A stretch of DNA of 64,000 nt from positions 488,478 to 552,477 of the forward strand of contig NMRA01000286.1 of the NCBI GenBank assembly GCA_002633005.1, given 5' to 3'. Source of the stretch: Phoronis australis. Taxonomy: Eukaryota > Animalia > Phoronida. The position numbers and the translations under genes were made by a program. How positions within the stretch are numbered: the first letter of the stretch is position 1; the number at the start of each line of letters is the position of its first letter. The notes under the pieces were generated by a model. That model did not search any database and had not been told where the DNA came from. It saw only the letters and a program-made list of their open reading frames with translations. Of the stretch, positions 26,473 to 39,824 are shown one piece after another.

Positions 26473-26937
26473 AGGCCTTTCCATATTGACTTAACTCCGG
26501 TCTAAACGGAGCGTCGACGTTAACTGCGATGATAACTAAACCATTCATACTGGCTTCGGTAGTTTAAAGAACATCGAAGTAAACGGCAGGTGACGCTGTT
26601 GTCATCGCAGTAATCGCAAGGTAGCGCAGCAGCTAAGATCTTTTTAATGTGACAATTCGGGGACATTTACATGTGCTAATTGACATAATCTTATTTTTAA
26701 ATCGATTGGTTATTATTGGAGCAAAATATAAGCAGCTATTAGTGACGGTACTACCCTGTAATTGTTGACTGGACCGAAGTTAACCGTTCATACTGCACCG
26801 CAGCGTCGACGCTGCGCTTTTAAATCCTCCTGTTAACTACGATGTTAACTGGAGCTGTTAACTTCGATCCAGAACCGGAGTTAAGCGTTCATACTGACCG
26901 TAACTCCCCAAAGCAACAACGTTAGTATGAAAGGCCT
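26473..26937. mobile_element. MITE, possibly Harbinger-type
   Basis: TIRs AGGCCTTTCCATATTGAC and GTTAGTATGAAAGGCCT, with internal repeats of TTCATACTG and TTAACTCCGG/CCGGAGTTAA. Confidence 0.6.
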
Positions 26938-27874
26938 GTAAGACTTAATTTTAACTTTAATTTGCGTTTGCGACGTTGAAGATGTCATTATGTTGATGAA
27001 GTGACAAAACATGTTTTCAAGAATAATGAAATATTATTCTAATATTTTGCATATTGTGTGCAGTTATGCCAAGCATTCAAATAGTAACTCGTTTCCAAAA
27101 ATGCCGTCGTTTCCATCAGCGGTTTTTCAGAAAAAAAAAAGCTCACTCGGTGCGATCTAACGGACATTGGACATGGAAAATTGAATAACTAAAATCTAAA
27201 AGATCAGCTGACAGTGCATGGTAGACGAGAATTGGATAAACATAGACAGTTTCACTAAAATCTTTTACGCCCATTTTGGAAATGATTTTCAGATTGTGGC
27301 GGCGTAGTCCGTTTTTTGTGTACCGCAGAAGATTAAAGTCCTTCTCTCACGCGTTGTTAACCCTTATTACATGGTTAGAAGATGTTATAAGGATCCAAGA
27401 AGAACCTACCCCATAACTAATACACGATCCGTACTCGAAAACAGTTTAAATGAACGCGCCACTCACGATTCGCACCCGAAGAAACACCGCCATTTTAAAC
27501 TTGCCGCGAACCCGGAAGTACAATTCATTCAGGAACCCAGGCCGAGAAAACGCCGTCAGTGCGACTGGAGCAGTGCCTGTACTGTTACCAGCCAGCAAAC
27601 GGGGATAAAAAAATCGACAGAAACGGAAATTTTATGGAATTTGCTGAAGAAATGTGGCGAATAAATTTTGACAGAAATTATTTTGCCAGACTCGGGACCG
27701 CAGCCTATCGGACCCGGTGCGGATCGAGACCAGACACTGGCGAACGGTAAATGCATGCGGTTGCAAGCTGTTTTGTCGAAGTAAAATGGTCAAATGATAA
27801 ATGCTGCATATATTCAAGGGTAGTTTCAGACACTTGCATGAAATTACGGGCTGGTTAGTCCTGTGTCACACTGC

Positions 27875-28525
27875 NNNNNNNNNNNNNNNNNNNNNNNNNN
27901 NNNNNNNNNNNNNNNNNNNNNNNNNNNNNNNNNNNNNNNNNNNNNNNNNNNNNNNNNNNNNNNNNNNNNNNNNNNNNNNNNNNNNNNNNNNNNNNNNNNN
28001 NNNNNNNNNNNNNNNNNNNNNNNNNNNNNNNNNNNNNNNNNNNNNNNNNNNNNNNNNNNNNNNNNNNNNNNNNNNNNNNNNNNNNNNNNNNNNNNNNNNN
28101 NNNNNNNNNNNNNNNNNNNNNNNNNNNNNNNNNNNNNNNNNNNNNNNNNNNNNNNNNNNNNNNNNNNNNNNNNNNNNNNNNNNNNNNNNNNNNNNNNNNN
28201 NNNNNNNNNNNNNNNNNNNNNNNNNNNNNNNNNNNNNNNNNNNNNNNNNNNNNNNNNNNNNNNNNNNNNNNNNNNNNNNNNNNNNNNNNNNNNNNNNNNN
28301 NNNNNNNNNNNNNNNNNNNNNNNNNNNNNNNNNNNNNNNNNNNNNNNNNNNNNNNNNNNNNNNNNNNNNNNNNNNNNNNNNNNNNNNNNNNNNNNNNNNN
28401 NNNNNNNNNNNNNNNNNNNNNNNNNNNNNNNNNNNNNNNNNNNNNNNNNNNNNNNNNNNNNNNNNNNNNNNNNNNNNNNNNNNNNNNNNNNNNNNNNNNN
28501 NNNNNNNNNNNNNNNNNNNNNNNNN
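27875..28525. other. Assembly gap (N run)
   Basis: Run of N. Confidence 1.
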
Positions 28526-29126
28526 GACCACTAACTACAAACTATAAATACACTACATATGCAAACGAATCACGATATATTACTAATAAAACAAAATAAT
28601 GAAGACTTTTCGAGCAAGCCATAGCACATTCAGTTACAAGGAAAAAATGGCGGCGTTCAGGACAAGTTCCTGAACTGATGAGCCGGAAATGTGGGTACGG
28701 AAATAACCGATGACAACCGGTAATCATACGCTCAGAGAGAAGGGTCAAATACTGTTAAAAATCGCTTTTGGCAAGAAAGGCGAAAAGAATATAAAGAAAG
28801 GGTGTCGAAAATAAGAATTTATGTAGTAAGTATTTTCGGATACTGGAACCACATGGGCAGTTTGCAAGAAGGACTTTAAAGTTGTTATGCATTTGCTTAT
28901 CTTATTAACGAAATTTGCTCACCTTGGTTTGCAAGAATACAATAAATCCCGCATGGGATTTGAACATACCTGTCCTTTTGATCGCTCTGTTTATTACATA
29001 CTCTTATATATTACTAGCATGATTGTTGTATCTTCCATGTCCTGAGAAAACAATCTTTCAATTACAGGTTTGATCTGCAAATTTTTGAGCAACGACTAAT
29101 TCCAACTACTTCTAATACTGGTTTAA

Positions 29127-30140
29127 ATGGCCTCGCTTATGCCACGGATCAAATGCATCTGGCGTGAACTGACTGCCTTCGCGCTTCAGCTTGTCATTGT
29201 TGTATTGTGGATTCTTGGAATGACTGGCAAATTAGGGCGCCTACCGGACTTCATGGTGAAAATACAACAGTGGAGCGGCCTTATGAACTCTGTTTTTGCA
29301 GTTCTGAATGTTGTTATCCTGGTAATAATTGCATGTTGTGCCAAAAAGTCAATCGACACTGAAAGACATCCAGAATACAGAAGACTAACCCGGAACATTG
29401 TTGAGGTTTACAAGGCCGTAGAGGACCGTGATGAGAACATCGAGCAGTGGCTTGTACAGGAACGAAAGCATCGAGACGCACAGTTTCAGCAACTACAGCA
29501 GACTCAGAGGCACTTGGTAGACTGCTTGAATAGAAGGGAACACAAGGAAATGCTAAACATTTTGTCAAACCAGCCGCCACCACAGCCTGTTGTCGTCAAA
29601 AGTATCGAGCACAGGCAGCGATTGTTTTCAGGTGATGCCATCAAAATGGCTGTGGCCGGATCCTCACGCAGTGGCAAAACAAGCTTGTTGAACCGGTGGA
29701 GAAATGAAAGCGAGTCCCTCGGCTTAAAGGTAGAGATGAAGATTGTCAATACAAGCATTGGCAGTGCACCACTGGAGGTCAGTGACATCCCCGGGGACAG
29801 TCCTAGTCTGACAAACTCTGGTCAGGCCTTTGCGTACGATCCCAGTCACCGAATTCAAAATTTTTCATGTGTTGTGATTGTGGTCGACGGCACTAGCGAA
29901 AAGTCATTAGATACTGGGATTTGGTGGTACAAGCAAGCGAGGGTTGATTGTTTTGTCGTGTGTATTGTGAACAAAATTGATCTTCCGAACCAGATGAACC
30001 GCGAGATACTCCGAAATCGCTTGCATGAAATACCTTGGTACGAAGTTTCCGCGGTAACTGGCTACAATGTGAATCACGTGTTCTCGTTAATCGCACTTGG
30101 AGCTGTCCTCGTAGATTGCAAACAACAGATTACCGCTTAA
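29127..30140 (+). CDS. Membrane-anchored Ras/Rab-like small GTPase (2 TM helices + coiled coil + G domain), 337 aa, single coding exon
   Basis: Intact ORF with G1 KMAVAGSSRSGKTSLL, G3 DIPG, VVIVVD, G4 NKID and G5 YEVSAVTGYNV. Hydrophobic stretches AFALQLVIVVLWILGM and VFAVLNVVILVIIACCA. Q/E/R-rich linker. Splice acceptor TTACAG at 29067 and AATAAA at 30392. Confidence 0.85.
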   Translation: MASLMPRIKCIWRELTAFALQLVIVVLWILGMTGKLGRLPDFMVKIQQWSGLMNSVFAVLNVVILVIIACCAKKSIDTERHPEYRRLTRNIVEVYKAVEDRDENIEQWLVQERKHRDAQFQQLQQTQRHLVDCLNRREHKEMLNILSNQPPPQPVVVKSIEHRQRLFSGDAIKMAVAGSSRSGKTSLLNRWRNESESLGLKVEMKIVNTSIGSAPLEVSDIPGDSPSLTNSGQAFAYDPSHRIQNFSCVVIVVDGTSEKSLDTGIWWYKQARVDCFVVCIVNKIDLPNQMNREILRNRLHEIPWYEVSAVTGYNVNHVFSLIALGAVLVDCKQQITA

Positions 30141-33100
30141 CCAGCGACTTACGTGAAAAGCTGTAGTCGACCATTCTACAGATAGCGTGTTACGTCATGA
30201 ACACAAGATGATGGGAAAGGTTAAATTGTCCAGTCACATCTCGTCACGTAAACTTGGAAAGATTTTATCAGACGTGAGGCTGGCGCAGGGAACAATGTTT
30301 AGCGGTAAGAGGCACTGAATATGATGGGTCATATCTACATAACGCCGTAAATGGTCCGAGAATCAACAGTGACGATGCTCAGTACGGTTTAAATAAAGGT
30401 AACCCGCCGCCAAAATGTTACCCGAATCAAACTTTAAAATCAATCTACGATGAGTGGATGACAAATCTGTCAAATTACAAAAAATAATGTTGATTCGTTA
30501 ACCGTTTTATTGTCTGTTAAAAATTTTGCTCCAAGTGCCCACCTGCTAGCATCAAGGACACTTACTAGCTGGCAAGACCGTCTTAACCACAGGGCCCCCT
30601 CGACACCAAATCGCGTACACCTTGCAGTTACAAGACCCCACACAACTTATCTCATTGTTTAGAAAACTTGCGACATCAATGTTTTTGGCTTATCGGCAAT
30701 CCTGCCGATTAATGAACGTGGACGGTTCATGTTTACCTCTTACCGTTGTGCAGGTAGGGCAAGAAGTCCTAGTGCTCGGGGGGTGGGGGTACTTGCCGGC
30801 GGCGAACAAAGTTGGCGTACGCCATTGTGTGCAGATGTCATTCGCATATGTTTCAAAAGGTGATTCTCCAGGTGACGTAGACAAAAGCAAGCCAACACGC
30901 TTAACAGTTCGTTACATTTGACACTTTATGGCACTAGAGGGCTCAGGCTATGCTTCTTAACATACTGTAGGAACCAAATTTACAGGTGTTAACGTTCAAG
31001 TTAGGCTTTAAAGATACTCTTAACTATGCTAATGTAAAGCATGCAGGAACTAAAACTACAATGTTATCTATAAAACGCATCGTTTGCACAAACTCCGTCT
31101 TCTCCGCTCCACTACAGACCTTCGTTGCGCCCGTTTCGGCCCGCCTTGGTCCCAGGTATTTCACCGGCCCCCTATTTGGATTCGAGGTGTTCTATTTTTT
31201 TCTCACGGGCCGGAGGGAGGGTGGCCGGTTTCGTACGTCAGTTCGTCAGCTCAATGGCCTGGGTGACGTCACTCCATCGGCTTAATTTCACTCCCCCCGA
31301 CTTCTCATCGTGACTGTCGCCGCCAAAATTAATGGTGCTTTTACCCTGGTGTCGGAGAATTGGCGTTCTTCAGTTATTTTGCTGCTAAAATTGCGATGCG
31401 CTCTTTGGGTGCCATTGCGTCTACTGTTGGTCAATTTCCATGTTATTCAATCAAATGTGAGGTTGCGTAAATGTCATAACAATCGTAAGTGGTTTCATTT
31501 CATCACAAGTTTTTACTATTTTATTATCATAAAACTCAATTTCAGAAAAACTCTCGAGAGAAATGGCGCGCACGTGCGCGTGTCACAAGTAAGCACTGTT
31601 TTCAAAACGACCGCAGATTTTTCATTGTTACAAAAGGCGAAGAATTAAGAAAAATAACGTTTAATAGATTGTCTTTTTATTTGTATAAACGGCTATAACG
31701 GGCAAGATGAATGTAGGTTCATTCCCAAATTCTGCATGCACCCCTCTAGGTTGTTAGCTCTAAGTTTCACGACGAGGTGACAAGCTGAGCACCCGTGGTT
31801 GTGTGAAATTTTGGTGTCTAATGGAACTCTACACACAGCTACCTAGTTGTATGTTGACGATAATCTTCATACAGATAGCTTGGCTTTATACCTCCGGATG
31901 TAGGCCTACATTTATGATTCAACGTGTGTACTATACAGTATTTAAAATGCTTTCTTAGTTTTCACTTGAAAGAATATCTGATTAGCCTGTACTTTGTGTT
32001 ACGACAGGATCAAATATTCTGGAAAGAAATTTGTACTGCCTGGGGAAAGTATCCCGCAGCTGCACACCTTGCCTACAGTGACTGTTCTGCTTGAAGCTTT
32101 GAACACGGCCTTTTCAAGAAGATATCTATCTCTTGCTATGAATGTTCACTCTTAGGAGTACATGTATCTATTTCCCTCGGCGTTTCCCACCGTAGCCCAG
32201 TGTTACCCATGCGAAAGCACGGGTAACGGCTAGTTTTAACATAATCTACGTTAAACAAAATGCAGTTTTATTCACTGACAACTTGTAAACGTGAAAACAA
32301 AAATTCTACAAATAGGTGACCTTCGCACCAAGGACGACCTCGGGGGCTCACATAGCCTGCGTTATTTCCCAGTATCATGTTACGATACTTTCTGGACACA
32401 GTTCAATGATTTGCGGCGGATCATTTTTACCACAAAACTCGTCTCTCAAAAACATTTGGCCATTTTCAACATGCTACTTCACATTCACACCATCAGTATA
32501 TGTTGTGTTCCTGTCTAATGTAGCCAAGCAATATCACAAAGATAAGGAATGAGCGTGCAAGTTCCACTTTAAGCTCCCCTTGCCTTGCCAACCACCAGAA
32601 TTGACAGTTACGAAATAGAAATTCGTATTCTTGTATCAATAAAGACCAGTAATGCCATGGCACAGGCAACATTTTTGGGTCACATTATAAATAGGGCCTA
32701 CATGAATATCTGGGGGGTGTTCTATAGACGCGAGGCACTACATAGTAAAGCTACTGTGATCACGTGGTTTGCTTGCAGTGCATGACGATAGCTAAGACTT
32801 GCTTTTATCGCCAGAAACTTTCTCTACGTAAAGTAATCCTGAATTCGTGGTCTTGTCTATGAACGTACTAGCGTATCGCAGTACACAGGAACTCTGGATG
32901 CTTATTTTTGGGCTTCAACGTATTAAGTGGCTTACTATTGCTTTCGTAAAAGGTAGACATGTTTAAAAAAGGATACTGATTTCAATCATTTTCGTCAAAC
33001 CCTTAACGCCCACCCAGAATTCTTTTATGAAAAACAGAGTTGTTTTAGTACTGAGGCCTACTGTAGGTGTGTCAGAGTTGAAATACGAGAATAAATTTGT

Positions 33101-33871
33101 ATCAAATAGCAATATGTTTTATTCAATTTACAAGTTATTATAAACCCACAAAACATAATAGTATGTCAATGTTGCAAGTCTTATTAATACGGAGTCCCCA
33201 AAAATGTATTCACACAAACGCCGTGCGTTCAGATTTAGTTCCCGCGGATCAGGCGCACTAGATAACCCATATATGTTAGCAATGGGTGAACTCGGGATAG
33301 ACTCGAGATTTCGCTAAAAAATCGAAGTTTTAAGTTAAGACATTTATAGCTTTAATACCGGAGTCTCCAACTGCAAACTAGCATTCCAGGCATCCATCTA
33401 AACCATAATGTACTCGAGCACAGAAAATTATATTCTTATCTTGAGTTCACACAAAAACGTGATAGAAATTGTGAAAATATATTTATACGTACAAATATCG
33501 GAATCCGGGCCCGGAACCACTTACTAAAAACATAAAAATGTCCATTCTCTTGTTCGATTGGAATAGTCTACGACATTCTGGTACAGGACAAAGTGGAAAC
33601 AGAGAAGTGAAAAGTACAAAGGTTTCATTTTCATGGTCAAAGTGACTATCATCAAGTAGCCGGAGCCATCAATCACAAAACGACAGGGACGTCTTACATA
33701 TCACAGAACAATGTTAAAAGTAACCGCTCTTCTTTACAAAAAAAAAAACGTATAATATCACAGGCACCGGCTTTTGTCCGAGAGACAGCGGACCTTTCTT
33801 GATCTCAAGGCAGCCTAAACACTTGGTGAAGTACCTATATTTTGCACAGCTCAATGCAGGGCATATTCAAG

Positions 33872-34027
33872 CAATGCTGTAGTGGTAAAATTAGAGGTAA
33901 GTAGGCGCCCAAAGCCCACCGTATCACATTGAGCACTGAACGTAACTTACGGTGCGTAGGCGCTACCTTTAAATGCCAAAAGGTGGTTGGCTTCGCCTAC
34001 GTGCGCCTACGCCCCACTACAACACTG
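33872..34027. mobile_element. Short MITE
   Basis: Termini CAATGCTGTAGTGG and CCACTACAACACTG, with internal GTAGGCG/CGCCTAC repeats. Confidence 0.5.
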
Positions 34028-34984
34028 TATTTAAGCTTTTAGGAATTGAACTAATCTGAAGGCAATTACAGTGGCATAATTGTCAAAGAATAAGCTAGCA
34101 CAAATTTTCTCTATAAATGCATTCTTACTATGGTTACTTAAATTAACTAAAGCATTTCCCCATATTTCTGACATCCAGTATTATTAATGTCAACATAATA
34201 GTTTATTTTATACTATAGATTAGGGCCCAGGGTGTAACATTTTGACTCGAATTCGATATCGAAAATACTTTAGGCATTTTCTGCAGCTCTACTTTAATAC
34301 AAACTCAACATGGTTGTCCATTATTCTGTGTTCGAGTATATTATAGTCTACGCAGATGAGCGTCTAGTCCAAGTTCGTACCTAATGACCCCAACATTCGA
34401 GCAACAACCTCAAGACTTCAAGTTCACGCTTGAAATTGTATCTTTGATGCTGAAGTCATCAAGTGCAAATTTGGATTACACGTGCGTAACACGTGATATA
34501 CTTGAGCACTGAATTATACATAATGATATTGAGTTTGTATTCAAATAGGGTGGAGAATATCAAAAATGTTTCGAATTCAAATTCAAATCTGCACATTAGA
34601 CCCCGGAACCTGCAATAATCGCACATACACGTACACTTGAAATCACTGTTCAGCAGCAGTAGAGTGCAATCAACATATTGCAAAAATGTTCGTTGGGAAT
34701 GTGAAATACAATGCTCCATTATCCCAACGAGTATCACCTGATGTACATATCAAATTCCTTCACTACCCCTCAGGAAGTGATAAACAACCCAGAGCCTCAC
34801 TATGCACTACTTCATCCAACACATTATATTATACATCTATCAATGCACGAGACTATTATAATTAAAGCTGCCTTCAGAAAATAATTATATATCTGTCCAT
34901 AAAACACAATAGACACAGACTACCTTCATAATTGTTATTGCAACTCAAGACAGCAGTTAAACGAATGTTATTCAAAGACACATT

Positions 34985-35131
34985 CATGGGCGGCACAGCA
35001 TTGAAAAAAGTGGGGGGCTAAAGCCCCCTCAGGCCCTCTGTGTTGCACCGCTTATAGACCAAGTGCGGCGTAGCACTGAAAAACGCGGGGAGGGGGCTAT
35101 AGCCCCAGCCCCCTATGGTGCGCCGCCCATG
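34985..35131. mobile_element. GC-rich dimeric MITE downstream of the UCP stop codon
   Basis: TIRs CATGGGCGGCAC and GCGCCGCCCATG. Two internal units each contain GGGGGCTA..GCCCC. Confidence 0.55.
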
Positions 35132-35625
35132 ACATTTGCACCAAAATGCATTTAACTCTCATTTCAACATGACTGCACTTGATTGACTTCTCTCGAACCG
35201 CTGAGTCAACCGACTAAGGCATCTGACTGGTCAGTAAGAGGAAGTTGTCATCGAGAACCCGCGAGATGTTTTAGTAGGTTGACCCAGCGGAATCGGATTA
35301 GTTAGTCAAATGCAACCAATGATGAAATTCGTACTGCACGCCTACTATGTGCGTTTGCTCATCAAAACACTTGTCCGTCTTCCATGCCAGATTCCGCACA
35401 GTCAAGGATCCAAGGGGCGGAAGACCCGTGTTCGGTAAATTTTGCATTGCTATGACGGTGTTAGGGCCTATACAAATGTTCGTTTATTACTGGAGCGCTT
35501 GTTCAGGACCCGCCTGGTGTAGTAGATCCTCAATTCAACATTTTACGACCTCTTTTTTATAAAAAAAAATCCTTACGACACACGGAAACAAACAATTGAG
35601 TCGCAGGCGAATTTCGGGAGCCGTT

Positions 35626-38600
35626 TTAATATGGTTCCACGAAATATCTGTCAGGGACAGAGTCGAAGATTTTTCTCGGTCTCGTCTCTCGTCCCTTTCT
35701 GTCGTCTGCTAAGCCCATTGATTGGGGTGCAGCGACGACAGTGTGGTACGTTGCAAAACTCATGTTCTCCCCGTAATACGTGATAGCTCTCTTCAGTTGC
35801 TCATAGCTGACAAACATACAAATGTTCCACGATCCCAGGCGGACGAAAGAGGGCATAAACCTACAATACAGAGTGAACTATGAAAAATATCTCCAGCAAA
35901 ACACTTAAATGTACAATCAAAGGACAAAAAATAAAAGACATCACATACGATGATTTTCATAAGACACCTTTGGACTACTTCAGTCTTTGGACCAATGGGT
36001 TAATTAACGTACAAGAAGAAGTAACCGATAATTGTTCTTGTTATAACCGAGTACTGACCAGAGCAGCAGGTACTCTGGAGAAATATCAAAACTTGTAATA
36101 CAATGAAAATATTGTAATGAAGAGGTCACCATAGGTTTTGGTTTACTGTTTTAACTTAACAGAGACTGGGCGGCATTGACTGAGGCTGTTAAGTCGTATT
36201 TTGTCAAAATCAAAACTAAAACCTTTTGAAAGAGCCAAGCAATTCATTTACCCTTTGTAGAATGCCATGAACCCCTTTTCTTTGAACATCATTTTCGCAC
36301 AGTGCAAGGCACCCGTGTATGTTCCAGGCTCAGAGTTCATGTAACGCGTTTTGAGGACGTCCACCGGAGATGACGTCACTGTTGTGCAGAATCCAGATGC
36401 AAATGCGGCCACAAAATGGCAGGGCATGTTGTCAGACATCAACTTGTAGTGTAATATCTGTTCCTTTATAAGGTCGTAAGCCACGAGCTCAGTCGCGTTA
36501 ACAATGCTATTTCGACAAATGTTGGGAAGGGTTCCTGCAAAATACAAAATACACTACCTGTGTGTTGGAATGATGCACAGTCCAGAAACACACATCCTAT
36601 TTTTTTAAACACTCAGATAAGCTGAGCACATTAATTGAAAACTTCTAGGGTTAAATGATCAGCAGCAGTTCTCCAGCAATCACGCAGGATTTACCTGTGG
36701 GCAATTTGAGACAAAGGATGGTCTTTTTGGAAGTGACATCATTAAAATAGTAGGGATATGTTTAATTTCAGACAAGAACAAAAGAGTAGCTGCTACGCAA
36801 CACCACAAAATGTTAAAGTAACAACTTGACCTTTTGTCAAATGACAATACCTTTCCAAAGACCCCTGACCCCTTCCGTTCTCGCTATAGTGCGATAAGCA
36901 CTCACGCAACCCGTGTAGCGCACGACTCCGGTGGCGCCTTGAGCTTGCATCCTAACTTTTACGACATCTGTTGGCTGAGCACAGGTTACGGCCAGACCAC
37001 CCGTGGTAATACCGGCCAGTATACGAAGAGGGATATCTTTGCCACCTGTGAAATAGGTAATCACGACAATGATTTATAGATACCAAATTTTTAAAGTGCT
37101 TCCATTTCAAAGTTGGAGACACCAAAAAGATCAACCAAAAATATTTATTGAAGAAACGCACCATGTCCGCGGTTAAGATCGTCGTTAAAGTTGACTTTAA
37201 CTTACAATTTAGTTGCACTCTTTCGAAGGTCATGTGGAAACCATCAAACTTAAAATAAAATTTGTCATTACTTTTATCAAAACCAAAAAGCGACTAGGTC
37301 ACATAAACACGTTTTCAACGACAAACGCCATTCTAATAGATACTCTTTTCGTTTCATTTTACTAAAACTTCATCAAAGGATATTAACCCCAGTTAGTTCA
37401 GTCGAAACTTTAGCCCAGGTAATGCTTATTCAACACATTTTTTGTTTTGTATTTGGTGATACACCACCACCCGAAATGGCCGCCTTAGTGAGCGACAGCT
37501 TAGTACCCATATGATATATCATAGGTACTCACTCAACTACAGCCTTATGTACTGAGGTTTCCCCGGAAACCCCCCACCCCCACTTTTTAAAAACACTTTT
37601 AAAATATAGTAGTATAATAAGGCTACCACCGACAAACAGAACTAAAGGTTACGAAGTGTTAAACATTTTAGCGCCATCTTTCGACTGGTGAAACTCAACC
37701 TGTGTTTTGAGTTGGTGATGTACAGGCAAGTGTACTTTTAAACAAAGCTCTCGACCAATAAGATCCCCATAAGACAAAGGAAATCCCCTTACCTGTGGAT
37801 CCAAATAAACTTTGGTATGCTTTCTTCACTTCATCATAAAGCCCGACACGAACCGATGCGAAACACATCTGTCGCTGGAGTCCAGCAGCAAGCCCACCGT
37901 ACAAGGCGCGAGGGCCTTCCTGTTTGCTGATTGTCACAAGAGTGCCAAAAATCCCCCTATATCTGAAAGTTTTGGCACTCGCCGCAGTGGTTCCTTCACC
38001 CTGAATCTGTTAATAGTAATAGAAAAAATGAGATAAAAAGAAACACTGTCAAAAGCCGTAAATCGCATTAAAAGACAGCAGCAGTCGCTGTTCAGAGAAA
38101 CCAGTAACTGAAAACCGTAATTCAATATAGATGTATGTTACGAGCATCGAATTTTTACTTTACGCCAACATTATTATATAACTATTGTTAAGTTTCAGAC
38201 ATTTTTTTAACAACACCCACCACACAGTGTGGGAAATATGCGCATTAGACATTTTGGTGACTATTGCTTACACGTATCGGGAAGCAAGAAATGTAATGCA
38301 CCAGACGAATTTCATTCAACTTATCTTTGCTTCCACTACAAGGGACCGCGTCAACAACGGCAAGAGAGTAATGTTGTTGTTTTTTTATCTCAGGCGATTG
38401 TTACAGAAGTATAGTTCGTTCCTGAGGACAGTAACAGGTTATGAGCACACTGAAAGCAATGATGTCTCGACGTCTATATAACATGTCATGTGTAAGGGAT
38501 CGATCTTTATTAGTTTTATCATACGATTACTGACGTTTCGTAATTTCTTCGTCTGATTGGCATGTTTTTTTGGGGTTTTGGTGTAATATTGGCTACTTGC

Positions 38601-39824
38601 CAACTTGATTACTACGCGAGGGGTTTATGATTGCAGCACCCTTTCACTGGTAACGAATACCGGCATTTGTCATCCGAGGTGATATTAGGTCATAGGGACC
38701 GAAGGAAAGCAATGTTGCCATGGACGAATTCCTAAAGGATCAGCCTATATTTGTCTTATTACACGAGCATTGACTCGTCGTTCCCCCGATTTTCCGTCTC
38801 TTATTCGATTATTATGTTTTTATAGTACTGTTCCAAAATAAATTAGACAGACTTCGACAAAACTGAGCCCGACTCCGCTAAACACGGATAAAGAACTCGC
38901 CAGAATTATTTGGCAGTTTAGTCGAACCTTTATCACACCAACATTGGAATTCGTGGACATTTTGTCGGAGTTAACGTGACGTCATTGTGCCTTTCAGTTG
39001 CAGTTAACAACTATTTAAATAGTAACGATTTGGACAAAGTAACACCTGTCAAGATTTTGTCGAGATTTAGCCAGAATTGAAACGGATTCTAGTAAACAAA
39101 TAATGGATATTTAGTGGCAGATTTAGAGGCAGAAATTTTGCCAAATTTCCACATTCTTCAGTTTACTTTGAAAACTACAGTACTGTCATCTCTGCTCGCT
39201 TTGTAGTCGGGGTTAAAGATTCTTAGAACATCCGATTGGTCAAATTGCGAATACTGACATCTGACGTCCGGGCGCCGAGAATTAAAAAGGAATCCCACGC
39301 CCCCCCCCCCTCCCCCCCGTCAATATTATTTCAAAATGGAAGTTATCGTATGGCATTTTAGCCAATCAGAAGGCTAGAGTATCAGCGTAAGAGAATGCGA
39401 ATAAGAAATAATCCAAAGGACAATGTAAGATTATACATAGATCGAGAGAGAACAGTGTTGCACGAGGCAGGAAACAAAAGCAGTGTTTCAAATTCACGCA
39501 TACCAAAGGACAGGTTATGTTACGTTAGGTTTAGGAACATAAGCTGTATTTGACTAAGGGTCCCTTTTATAGCAGGCTGCATTCTTAGAGTTAGGGGGAC
39601 CCTGCCATGCGCCAGAGCAACCGCTTGGTCATCTTAGTGGGCGTATCGGCTCTACGTTGGGTCACGCCTGAAAGAACATCGTAGGAATGTACCTGAAGGC
39701 GAACCTTGGCTGTGTCAAGCGGAAAAGTTACCATGTCGGCGACACAGGCTGCTGCGCCAGCACTCACGAACTTGACGGCGACCGTCGGTTCTTTGGTCAA
39801 CGGAGCAAAGCCAAACTGAACCAT
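35626..39824 (-). CDS. UCP2: Mitochondrial uncoupling protein, UCP1/2/3 clade (SLC25), 5 coding exons, 352 aa
   Basis: Exons: 39824-39693, 38006-37793, 37045-36851, 36534-36252, 35860-35626. All junctions are GT-AG and in phase (1059 nt). Carrier signatures [20 protein letters not shown] and [12 protein letters not shown] motifs [39 protein letters not shown] and FVRLGSWN. The symbol indicates the closest family only; it is probably co-orthologous to UCP1-3. Confidence 0.93.
37340..37690. repeat. Partial copy of the 20245-20970 foldback family in a UCP intron
   Basis: Shares TTCATTTT(T)ACTAAAA, CACCACC..AAATGGCCGCC.TAGTGAG.GACAGC and CCCCACTTTTTAAAA with the 20.3-kb element. Confidence 0.6.

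Noticed and set aside
30396-31700. Possible TTAA/Kolobok-like element after the GTPase gene
   Set aside because: It has a transposon-like left end and a GC-rich core, but I could not find a matching right TIR or TSD.
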